Part shown: piece by piece, positions 1-7,858 of the stretch
Numbering within the stretch: position 1 is the first letter of the stretch
Layout of the letters: every line of letters starts with the position of its first letter
Origin: Gemmatimonadota bacterium
Lineage (GTDB): Bacteria > Gemmatimonadota > Gemmatimonadetes > Palauibacterales > KS3-K002
Direction of reading: 5' to 3'
Assembly: GCA_020350785.1 (NCBI GenBank)
Contig: CP070722.1
Coordinates: 3,684,241 to 3,748,240, forward strand
Length of the DNA: 64,000 bases
The notes under the pieces: model-generated
What the model was told of the DNA's origin: nothing
Databases searched by the model: none
The model's input: the letters and a program-made list of their open reading frames with translations, nothing else
Translations under genes and position numbers: made by a program

Positions 1-215
<215 letters not shown>

Positions 216-274
216 TATCGAATACCACGCACACTCCACCCGAAAGACTCACTCACTCCAATCTGTATCAGCTA

Positions 275-392
275 TGCCGGTGGCCATGGCGAGGGAGTCA
301 CACCCGATACCATCCCGAACTCGGAAGTTAAGCCCCTCTGCGCCGATGGTACTGCGGGCTCTAGCTCGTGGGAGAGTAGGGCGCTGCCGGCG
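275..392 (+). rRNA. rrf: 5S rRNA
   Basis: ~118 nt aligning to bacterial 5S: TGCCGGTGGCC...CCGAACTCGGAAGTTAAGCC...GCGCCGATGGTACTG...GGGAGAGTAGG...CTGCCGGC, with 5'/3' ends complementary (helix I). Confidence 0.85.
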
Positions 393-399
393 CTCAGCT

Positions 400-443
400 A
401 CGACGCGCGTCCCTTCAAAGGGGAGGCGCGTCGTTTCTTTTTC
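400..443 (+). terminator. Intrinsic terminator of the rRNA operon
   Basis: ACGACGCGCGTCCC / GGGAGGCGCGTCGT stem (9 bp + 4 bp) with 6-7 nt loop, followed by TTCTTTTTC. Confidence 0.75.
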
Positions 444-536
444 CCAGATGAAATGCCGTGTCCGTCCGCCGGAATTTGACCTCCAAAAGATTTTCGACTA
501 AGATATGTAACCGTTTGTCAATCAATCAATTAAGGC

Positions 537-1490
537 GTGAGATATCGAGTGATTGGTGAAAGTAAGGAAGCTTGCGAACCACCGCACCGCGCTGGCTCTG
601 TCGCTCTAGCCGGTCCACCCAACGTCGGCAAGTCCACTCTGCTCAATGCGCTGATGGGGAGCCACCTCAGCATTGTCTCGCCGAAGGCACAGACGACTCG
701 GAATCGGGTGTACGGCGTTCTGACCGGCGAGGAGTACCAGGTTCTTCTCATCGATGCGCCCGGACTCATCGAAGCGCGGTACCCCCTTCAAGACGCAATG
801 GTCAAAGCCGTGAACGCAGCGATCAGGGAGGCTGATGTGGTGACGCTGGTCGTGGACGCGGCGCGACAGAGGACGCTGGCGGAGAACCAGTTCGATTCAG
901 TGTTGAGGGTGGCCTCGGGTCCTGTGATTGTGGCAGTCAACAAGGTGGATCTGGTGGACGAGCGGACCGAACAACGTTTCCTGGACGACCTCGAGAGGTG
1001 GGGCTACCAGGGAGTGGCGGTCTCAGCGGTAAGCGGGAAGGGCCTGGACGCTTTTCTCGAGCGGGTCGTGCAGATGTTACCCGAATCGCCCCCGTTGTAT
1101 CCACCCGAGTACGCTGCAACTCAGCCGTTGCGGTTCTTCGCGGCGGAGTTCGTCAGGGAGACCTGCATGGAGTTGTTCCGTGAAGAGGTTCCTTACAGCG
1201 TAGCTTGTGTCGTGGAAGAGTTTCGCGAAGATCGAAGCCCGATCTACGTGGCTGTGACGATCTACGTGGAGAAGGAGAGTCAGAAGGGGATCCTCATCGG
1301 CCAAGGCGGGTCGGCGATCAAACGGGTCGGCGCCCGGTCTCGGGTCAAGATCGAAGAGTTGACGGGGGACCGGGTCTATCTCGACCTACGTGTGAAGGTG
1401 TTGACGGGGTGGTCGAAGAAGCCGTGGGAATTGCATCGTTTGGGGCTCCAACCACCGCCGGAGCCTAGAGGTGGACAGAAACGCGAATAG
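537..1490 (+). CDS. era: GTPase Era (G domain + C-terminal KH domain)
   Basis: G1 motif AGPPNVGKSTLLNAL, DAPG, NKVD. C-terminal KH-type region. GTG start at 537, with GTG 549 as alternative. Confidence 0.9.
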   Translation: MRYRVIGESKEACEPPHRAGSVALAGPPNVGKSTLLNALMGSHLSIVSPKAQTTRNRVYGVLTGEEYQVLLIDAPGLIEARYPLQDAMVKAVNAAIREADVVTLVVDAARQRTLAENQFDSVLRVASGPVIVAVNKVDLVDERTEQRFLDDLERWGYQGVAVSAVSGKGLDAFLERVVQMLPESPPLYPPEYAATQPLRFFAAEFVRETCMELFREEVPYSVACVVEEFREDRSPIYVAVTIYVEKESQKGILIGQGGSAIKRVGARSRVKIEELTGDRVYLDLRVKVLTGWSKKPWELHRLGLQPPPEPRGGQKRE

Positions 1491-1520
1491 CGGTTAGATA
1501 GGTTGCGAGGGAGGCCCTAA

Positions 1521-1685
1521 GTGCTTGACGAGACTTTGCTGGAAATCCTCGTTTGCCCGAAGTGCAGCGGTGAGCTGGAATACAGGCCGGAGGAAACGTC
1601 CCTCTTGTGCCACGCCTGCCGTTTGCGCTACAATATTGAAGACGACATTCCAGTGATGCTAATCGATGAAGCCGAACCTTTCTAA
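1521..1685 (+). CDS. Trm112/UPF0434-family small zinc-ribbon-like protein (54 aa). Below the ORF-track length cutoff.
   Basis: GTG at 1521 immediately after an in-frame TAA. Translation VLDETLLEILVCPKCSGELEYRPEETSLLCHACRLRYNIEDDIPVMLIDEAEPF matches the Trm112 (DUF343) pattern LLxILxCPxCxG...Y...L.C..C...Y.I.DGIP.ML. Stop TAA 1683-1685. Overlaps next gene by 20 nt. Confidence 0.65.
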   Translation: MLDETLLEILVCPKCSGELEYRPEETSLLCHACRLRYNIEDDIPVMLIDEAEPF

Positions 1686-2706
1686 GCTCTCGGTCTGCCT
1701 GAGCCTATTGGCTTTTCTGGCGAACCCGGCCGTCGCTGGGGCGCAAGAGCGTATCGTACATCCCACCGAGGAGGACCCCAACGAGGTGGTGACGGGAGCG
1801 AGCAGTAGGTCGGCTTCCGAAGGGGCGGAGTTCTTGTTGATCCCCATAGGGGCGAGAGCCGTGGGGATGGGCGGCGCGGTAACGGGGTTGCGGCAGATTG
1901 GCGAGCTGGTGCTCTGGAACCCGGCCGCTATCGCCAGTCTGGAGGAGGGACGCCTGCTCTTCAATCACGCCGAAGGCGCCTTCGAGACGCGAAGCGAGGT
2001 GCTGTCACTCCTGTGGCCGACGAAGAAGCTGGGGACTTTGGCCATCACCTACTACTTGGTGGATTTTGGCGACCTGCCGAGTACTGACGTCAACGGCACC
2101 GTTCAGGGCAACATCAATTTCCGGAACCAGGAGTTTCTGCTGAGCTACGCCCGGGCGCTGTTCGGGCCGCTGGAGCTCGGCCTCAACTACAAGCTCATTC
2201 AGTTGGTCTTCCGTTGCGACGGCACCTGTGCGGACCAGCGATCTTTCACACGCACGACGCATGCGGTGGATCTCGGTCTGATCGTTGACGGTGTAGCGGG
2301 GCTCCCCCTGTCGATGGGCGGGTCGGTGCGTCACTTGGGTTTCCCGTTGGAAGGAGCGAATAGCGAGGATCCCCTTCCGACTCGGATTCGACTGGGCTTT
2401 GCGTACGAGGCGCTGTCGTTGATCACCGGGGATTCGAACTTGGGACTGGCGATCGCCTTGGATCTGGAGGATCAGTGGCGGGATCCAGGCGACCCCGATC
2501 TCATGGTGGGTTCCGAGTTTGGTGTGGCGGAGCGCTTCTTCGTGAGAGCCGGATATGCCTTTCTCGATGCGGGCCGCGGTGGCCCCTCACTCGGATTGGG
2601 CCTGACGTACGATTGGTTCTATGTCGATTTGAGCCGCGGGTTCGACGAAGTGAGTACGGCCACGGGAGAGGAGGCGGTCCAGGTCAGCTTCGGTGTGATA
2701 TTCTAA
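1666..2706 (+). CDS. Outer-membrane beta-barrel protein, PorV/PorQ-FadL-like (putative)
   Basis: Signal peptide (MKPNLSKLSVCLSLLAFLANPAVAGA|QE). N-proximal motif FLLIPIGARAVGMGGA, typical of the PorV/FadL-like barrel family. C-terminal ...SFGVIF ends in Phe, the OMP beta-signal. Confidence 0.5.
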   Translation: MKPNLSKLSVCLSLLAFLANPAVAGAQERIVHPTEEDPNEVVTGASSRSASEGAEFLLIPIGARAVGMGGAVTGLRQIGELVLWNPAAIASLEEGRLLFNHAEGAFETRSEVLSLLWPTKKLGTLAITYYLVDFGDLPSTDVNGTVQGNINFRNQEFLLSYARALFGPLELGLNYKLIQLVFRCDGTCADQRSFTRTTHAVDLGLIVDGVAGLPLSMGGSVRHLGFPLEGANSEDPLPTRIRLGFAYEALSLITGDSNLGLAIALDLEDQWRDPGDPDLMVGSEFGVAERFFVRAGYAFLDAGRGGPSLGLGLTYDWFYVDLSRGFDEVSTATGEEAVQVSFGVIF

Positions 2707-2737
2707 CTTCGAGCTTGGTGGTTTTGATGTCGCGCTG

Positions 2738-2766
2738 AGCCTTCCTTGGGAAGGCTTATTTTTTTG
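2738..2766 (+). terminator. Intrinsic terminator downstream of the OMP gene
   Basis: AGCCTTCC-TTG-GGAAGGCT perfect 8-bp stem followed by TATTTTTTTG. Confidence 0.75.
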
Positions 2767-2791
2767 TCGGTCGACGTAGGATGAACGAGCG

Positions 2792-4909
2792 ATGATCGAG
2801 AAGAAGGATATCGTGCGGTTCCTCGGCGAGCGGGCCGAGCGCCCGGTCCGGCTCAAGGAGCTTGCACGCGGGCTGCATCTGGCCGCATCGGACTATGGGC
2901 GGCTCAGAAGGATGCTGCGCGAGATGGAGGAGGCGGGTGAGGTCTATCGGGTTCGCCGCAGGAAGTTCGCGTTACCGGAGCGGATCAATCTGACGGTGGG
3001 GCGGCTGGAGGTGACTCGCGGTGGCAAAGGGTTCGTAGTTCCCGACAGTCCTGGGATTGACGTGTTCATCCCGGCCACTCGGCTAGGCAATGCGTACGAT
3101 GGCGACAGGGTCGTAGCGCGTCTGGAACATCGCCGCAGGGGCCGCAATCCTGAGGGGTCCATCGTAAGGGTCTTGGAAAGGGCACGCTCCCAGGTGGTCG
3201 GAGTGTTTCGGGCGGCTGGACGGTTTGCCTACGTGGCGCCGTCGGAGGCAATGTTGCGACGCGATGTGTTCGTGCCGCGCAGTTCTGCCGGAGAGGCCCG
3301 CCAAGGAGACCTGGTCGTAGTCAGGATCGTAGATTGGGGCAGCGAACATCACGGCCCGGTCGGCGAGGTGATCGAGGTGCTGGGCCGTCCCGGGGACCCC
3401 GGGGTCGATGTGCTCGCCATCGTCCACGCGCATGAGCTGACGACTTCGTTCTCTAGCGGGGTGCTCGGAGAAGCTGGGGAGCTGGCCAAGCGCGAGGTGA
3501 CGGAGAAGGATCGGGTCGGGCGCAAGGACTTCCGCGATTCCCTGGTCTTTACGATCGATCCGGTCGACGCCAAGGATCACGACGATGCACTCTCTGTCGA
3601 GCAGGCGGGCGCCGATCGCTGGGTCGTACACGTCCATATCGCCGACGTTTCGTTTTACGTGATCCCGGGCTCGGCGACCGACGTCGAAGCGCGTCGCAGG
3701 GGAACCAGCGTCTATTTGGTGGATCGAGTACTCCCGATGTTGCCCGAGGTTCTCTCGACAGATCTCTGTTCGCTCAAACCTGGGAGGGACCGGTTGACGT
3801 TGTCGGTTTCGCTGGAGTTGGACGGATCGGGGCGAGTCTTGAAGATGAGCCTGGCCGAGGGGGTGATCAGGAGTCGTCGCGCGCTGAGCTACGAGGAAGC
3901 ACAGGCGATATTGGACGGCGATCGCGCCGCTGAAACCGACCTCCAAATGGCCTTGGAGTGGTTGCGAGGGCTGGCGCGGCAGTTGCGGCGGCGTCGGCAG
4001 GCGCGTGGCGGGCTCGACTTCGACCTTCCTGAGGCACGGGTGGTCGTCAACGCGGCCGGTGAGCCGACGGAGATAGAGAGATTGTTGAGGCTGGACACGC
4101 ATCGTTTGGTCGAGGAGTTCATGATACTGGCGAATGAATCGATCGCCCAGGCGACCCGCAAACGTGGGCTCGAGTGCATCTACAGAATCCACGACGCACC
4201 GGACCCGGATAGGTTGGAGCGACTGGCCGAGTTCGTCGGCAGTCTGGGCATTTCTTTGCGGCAAGGCTCTGTCCGAGGCCTGCAACGGCTGCTTGAGACG
4301 GTGGAGGGTCGACCCGAGGAAGCTGTTGTCACTATGCTCGTACTGCGAAGCATGAAGCAGGCAATCTACAGCGCTCATGCGTTCGAGCACTTCGGCCTCG
4401 GCTCACCTGCCTACACCCACTTCACCTCACCGATACGACGCTATCCAGATCTGATGGTCCACCGAATAGTGCGCGCCGGGTTGCTCGGCTGTGACGGGAG
4501 TGAAGCTGGAGGGCCCTGGGCGGTCGAAGAACTGCAGGCGATCGCGACCCACGCTTCTTTCCGCGAGCGCCAAGCCATGGAGGCGGAGCGTGACTCGGTC
4601 GACTTGAAGAGAATCGAGTTCATGGAACGGCACTTGGGCGACGTTTTTGCCGGCACGGTCAGCGGGGTCACGGCGTTTGGATTCTTCGTCCTGCTCGATG
4701 AGGTTCTAGCTGAGGGGTTGGTCCATGTGAGCCGGTTGGAGGATGATTACTACCACTATGTGGAAGAGGAGTATGCGCTGGTGGGTGAGGCCGGCGGGCG
4801 TCGATATCGGCTGGGGGACAGGGTGGCCGTGGAGGTTGTACGAGTCGATCGTGAGGCACGTCAGTTGGATCTTGCCTTGGCTGGTAATAGTGGAGAGGTG
4901 CGAAATTGA
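2792..4909 (+). CDS. rnr: Ribonuclease R (3'-5' exoribonuclease, RNB + S1 domains)
   Basis: 705 aa. N-terminal HTH/cold-shock-like region, central RNB catalytic region (DPVDAKDHDDALS), C-terminal S1 domain (GTVSGVTAFGFFV). Confidence 0.9.
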   Translation: MIEKKDIVRFLGERAERPVRLKELARGLHLAASDYGRLRRMLREMEEAGEVYRVRRRKFALPERINLTVGRLEVTRGGKGFVVPDSPGIDVFIPATRLGNAYDGDRVVARLEHRRRGRNPEGSIVRVLERARSQVVGVFRAAGRFAYVAPSEAMLRRDVFVPRSSAGEARQGDLVVVRIVDWGSEHHGPVGEVIEVLGRPGDPGVDVLAIVHAHELTTSFSSGVLGEAGELAKREVTEKDRVGRKDFRDSLVFTIDPVDAKDHDDALSVEQAGADRWVVHVHIADVSFYVIPGSATDVEARRRGTSVYLVDRVLPMLPEVLSTDLCSLKPGRDRLTLSVSLELDGSGRVLKMSLAEGVIRSRRALSYEEAQAILDGDRAAETDLQMALEWLRGLARQLRRRRQARGGLDFDLPEARVVVNAAGEPTEIERLLRLDTHRLVEEFMILANESIAQATRKRGLECIYRIHDAPDPDRLERLAEFVGSLGISLRQGSVRGLQRLLETVEGRPEEAVVTMLVLRSMKQAIYSAHAFEHFGLGSPAYTHFTSPIRRYPDLMVHRIVRAGLLGCDGSEAGGPWAVEELQAIATHASFRERQAMEAERDSVDLKRIEFMERHLGDVFAGTVSGVTAFGFFVLLDEVLAEGLVHVSRLEDDYYHYVEEEYALVGEAGGRRYRLGDRVAVEVVRVDREARQLDLALAGNSGEVRN

Positions 4910-4973
4910 CGCGATAGTGGCAGCCTAGTAACTTGAGCCGACACTTTAAGGGGGCGCTAAGCTCGCTTCGCGC

Positions 4974-5972
4974 ATGCCGCTACCACCAATCATAGTATTC
5001 TACTCCTCCGCTGATACCGTAGCGCCGCAGGCATTGAGGAGCCACGTGGCGAATCGGGGTTGTGCTCTCGTTGAGGCGCGGAAACCCCAAGAGGTTTTGG
5101 CGCTTGTAAATCGGCGACATCCCTCGCTGGTGGTTCTTGATGGGGATGGCGACATTGACGAGGTCTGCCAGCTGATAGTCACGCTTCGAGCGGAGCCTTT
5201 CAGCGCCATAGTCCCTCTGATCGTTTGGTCGGAAAGAGAAGATATCGACGAGGTTCATCGGGTTCTGGAGTCTGGCGCCGATGATCTCCTCAGGATCGGA
5301 ATGGAGGAGCGCGAGAAGCTGCTGCGGTTGGATACAGTGGTGAGGCGGGCGGAGAGGGACGTCGGTGTGCACCCGACCACGCGCTTGCCGGGCACGGCGA
5401 TGATCGAGCGCGACATCGCTGCCCGGTTGCTGGCGGAGGAAGACTTCGCGGTCTGCTACGCGGATATCGACAACTTCAAGGAGTTCAACGATCGCTACGG
5501 CTATACCCACGGCGACCGGGTGATCTTCCTGATGTCGAAGATACTGAGGGACGTCGTCAGGGCCTTCTCCCCGGGGGGATTCATCGGCCATATTGGGGGT
5601 GACGACTTCATCTTCAATGTGCCGCTCGATATCTTTGAGACGTGTTGCCGTGAGATCATCTCGGTATTCGACACCTTGATACCGTTTCAGTACTCTGAAG
5701 AAGACCGCAAAGCTGGCTTCTTCTGGGGAAAGGACCGCCGTGGCCAACTTCATCGTATTCCGCTGATGACGTTGTCGATCGGAGTGGTGACGAACCATCA
5801 GAGGAGCTTCAGCCATACGGCGCAGGTCGGGGAACTGGCTACGGAGATGAAGGCGTATGCCAAGACGAAAGAGGGCTCCATATTCGTGGTCGACCGACGC
5901 CATGGCGAGCGAGCGATAAGGTCGGGAGAGGTGCTGAGACGGAAAACTGAGGTCATAAAGGAAGGGCCATGA
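4974..5972 (+). CDS. Receiver domain fused to GGDEF-type domain with variant signature GGDDF (diguanylate-cyclase-like response regulator)
   Basis: N-terminal REC-like fold (LVVLDGDGD). C-terminal GGDEF-domain motifs (YADIDNFKEFNDRYGYTHGD; GHIGGDDFIF). The fourth signature residue is D instead of E. Confidence 0.7.
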   Translation: MPLPPIIVFYSSADTVAPQALRSHVANRGCALVEARKPQEVLALVNRRHPSLVVLDGDGDIDEVCQLIVTLRAEPFSAIVPLIVWSEREDIDEVHRVLESGADDLLRIGMEEREKLLRLDTVVRRAERDVGVHPTTRLPGTAMIERDIAARLLAEEDFAVCYADIDNFKEFNDRYGYTHGDRVIFLMSKILRDVVRAFSPGGFIGHIGGDDFIFNVPLDIFETCCREIISVFDTLIPFQYSEEDRKAGFFWGKDRRGQLHRIPLMTLSIGVVTNHQRSFSHTAQVGELATEMKAYAKTKEGSIFVVDRRHGERAIRSGEVLRRKTEVIKEGP

Positions 5973-6553
5973 ACGTCGCCTGTCCTCAATGTAAGACGGT
6001 CTTTCGGGTAGATCCGCGCAAGGTACCGACCGAGGGAGTCAGGGCGCGTTGTTCCGTATGCGGCGGCGTGTTCGAGGTCGTTTCCGAAGCCAAACAGGCG
6101 GCGGCCGGGTCCGCAGTGATCGACGCGACGCCGGCCGCGGTGGCGGCCGAGGCTGCGGAGTCCGAGACCGGTGGGGCGGCGGTTGCAGACCGGCAGGAGC
6201 CCGCGCCTGAGCCCCCAGCGAGTCCGCCGCCCGCGCAGGCAGCGCCGCCACAGCGAGCACCGGTTCCCAGCGCTGGAGCCCCCAAGCCTGCCGCCCGGCT
6301 ATTTGGGCAGCCGGACCCGGAGGCGCGCGCGCGGCGCCTGGCGCGCGCGCTCATCTCCGACGTCGCGGCATACAACCCGGATCGTCAGGAGGCGGGTCTG
6401 CGAGAGGGTCGATTGAAAGAGCTGTTCCAGGTCGAGTTGAAGAAGTCTTGGCAGGAGTACGTAGACCAGGTCGGTATCGAGGTGGCCAGGAGCACGCCAT
6501 ATTTCCGGGACGCGCTCAACGAGATACTGGCCAAGGGGAAACGAGTCTTCTAG
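5969..6553 (+). CDS. MJ0042-type zinc-ribbon protein with Pro/Ala-rich linker and conserved C-terminal domain (function unknown)
   Basis: CPQC-x21-CSVC N-terminal finger. ~90 aa A/P-rich low-complexity tract. ATG 5969 overlaps the upstream stop (ATGA). AAGGAAGG SD-like sequence upstream. Confidence 0.6.
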   Translation: MNVACPQCKTVFRVDPRKVPTEGVRARCSVCGGVFEVVSEAKQAAAGSAVIDATPAAVAAEAAESETGGAAVADRQEPAPEPPASPPPAQAAPPQRAPVPSAGAPKPAARLFGQPDPEARARRLARALISDVAAYNPDRQEAGLREGRLKELFQVELKKSWQEYVDQVGIEVARSTPYFRDALNEILAKGKRVF

Positions 6554-6658
6554 GCAACCGGGTCGCGGAGGGGCCTTGAGGGCGGAGAGGCTGGGGTCAG
6601 AGAGGTTGACCGGTTGGGGGGGTTCGGGATATCTTTGCGTGGCCGAGTGGGGAGTCAG

Positions 6659-6691
6659 GGGCCGCCTGGTGGGGCGGCCTTATCGTTTATA
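6659..6691 (+). terminator. GC hairpin + U-rich tract in the zinc-ribbon/prfB intergenic region (terminator or leader structure)
   Basis: GGCCGCC-TGGTGG-GGCGGCC 7-bp stem followed by TTATCGTTTATAAT. A TATAAT hexamer lies at 6688-6693. Confidence 0.4.
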
Positions 6692-6747
6692 ATGATTAGA
6701 GTTAGGCGCTGTCGCGTCTGGTGTTCTTTCAAGGTGAGGTAGGGGCC

Positions 6748-7858
6748 ATGGCTGTGGCAACCGAGTTGACTGTGCTCAAGGACCTCCATCGGCGTGTGGA
6801 GGAGCTCAGGAGGTACCTTTGACATTGAACAGAAGAAGGCGCGGACCGACGATCTGGAAAGATTGACGGCTGGCCCGCGCTTTTGGGAAGACGCTGACCG
6901 GGCGCGAGCCGTCATGCAGGAGCTGAACGACCTGAAAGGCTGGCTCGAGCCGTGGGACGGGCTTCGGCGACGCTCTGCTGATCTGATGGAGCTGGGCGAG
7001 CTGATCGATGTCGAGGGCGGCGATGACATGGAGGAGGAGTTCCGCCGCGAGGTGGAGGCATTGGTCAGGGACGTGGACGACCTGGAGTTCAGGGCCATGC
7101 TGCGGGGCGCCGACGCGGAGCGCGATGCGCTGGTGACCATCCACCCGGGTGCTGGAGGCACCGACTCCCAGGACTGGGCCGAGCTGCTCATGCGCATGTA
7201 CACGCGCTGGGCGGAGTCACATGGATTTGACGCGGCCGTCCTGGATCTGGTGCCGGCCGAAGAGGCCGGGATCAAGTCGGTGACCCTGGAGATTCGAGGC
7301 CGCTTCGCCTACGGATACCTTCAGGCGGAGAAGGGGATTCACCGCCTCGTCCGGATTTCGCCGTTCGATCAGCAGGCTCGTCGCCATACTTCGTTCGCCT
7401 CGGTATTCGTCTACCCGGTGGTTGATGACGCCGTGGAGGTGGAGGTCAGCCCGGAGGACTTGCGTATCGATACCTACCGCGCCTCAGGCAAAGGCGGCCA
7501 ACACGTGAACAAGACGGACTCGGCGGTCCGAATCACCCATATTCCAACCGGCATCGTGGTCTCTTGCCAGCAGGAGCGCAGCCAACATCGCAACAAGAAC
7601 ACGGCGATGAAGATGCTGAGGGCGGCGCTCTATGAGAAAGCGATGGAGGAGCGGCGGCGCGAGCGCGAGAAGATCGACGCAACCAAGACCGAGATCGCTT
7701 GGGGCAACCAGATACGCTCGTATATCTTCCAGCCTTACACGCTGGTCAAGGACCATCGGACCGAAATCGAGAAGACGGATGTCCAGCGGGTGATGCAAGG
7801 CGAGATAGACGACTTCATTATCGGCTACCTCAAGGAATTCGGAAACCAGCTGGCATGA
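6748..7858 (+). CDS. prfB: Peptide chain release factor 2, expressed via programmed +1 ribosomal frameshift at codon 25 (CTT TGA C at 6817-6823)
   Basis: Frame-0 ATG 6748 encodes MAVATELTVLKDLHRRVEELRRYL, then in-frame TGA 6820-6822. AGGAGG lies 3 nt upstream of CTT. The +1 frame continues (ORF track 6794..7858) with RF2 motifs SPF and GGQ (GGQHVNKTDSAVR). Confidence 0.9.

Noticed and set aside
514-545. TTGTCA hexamer upstream of era as a candidate -35 element.
   Set aside because: No acceptable -10 hexamer at 16-19 nt spacing (best TGAGAT, 3/6).
3083-4390. 435-aa minus-strand ORF antisense to rnr. Similar long antisense ORFs: 8044..8994, 14333..15277, 15727..16752, 25742..26899, 26924..27898, 39073..40095, 24811..25914, 4980..5903, 60982..61830, and plus-strand 62029..63417 antisense to lptC/kdsD.
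   Set aside because: Each is fully overlapped by a gene with strong, motif-level support on the other strand. Products are Arg/Pro/Gly-rich low-complexity strings typical of stop-codon-poor antisense frames in ~65% GC DNA. No start-site context or domain signatures.
4910-4973. Possible sigma70 promoter (TTGACG-17-TAACTT) and weak inverted repeat GCGCTAAGC/GCTTCGCGC between rnr and the GGDEF gene.
   Set aside because: The -10 match is poor (3/6) and the inverted repeat is 7/9 with no U-tract. Not distinguishable from chance.
6170-6300. Apparent repetitiveness (CCGCC/GCGCC-rich) that could be mistaken for a tandem repeat or CRISPR-like array.
   Set aside because: It is the in-frame Pro/Ala-rich low-complexity linker of the zinc-ribbon protein. 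No regular spacer-repeat periodicity.
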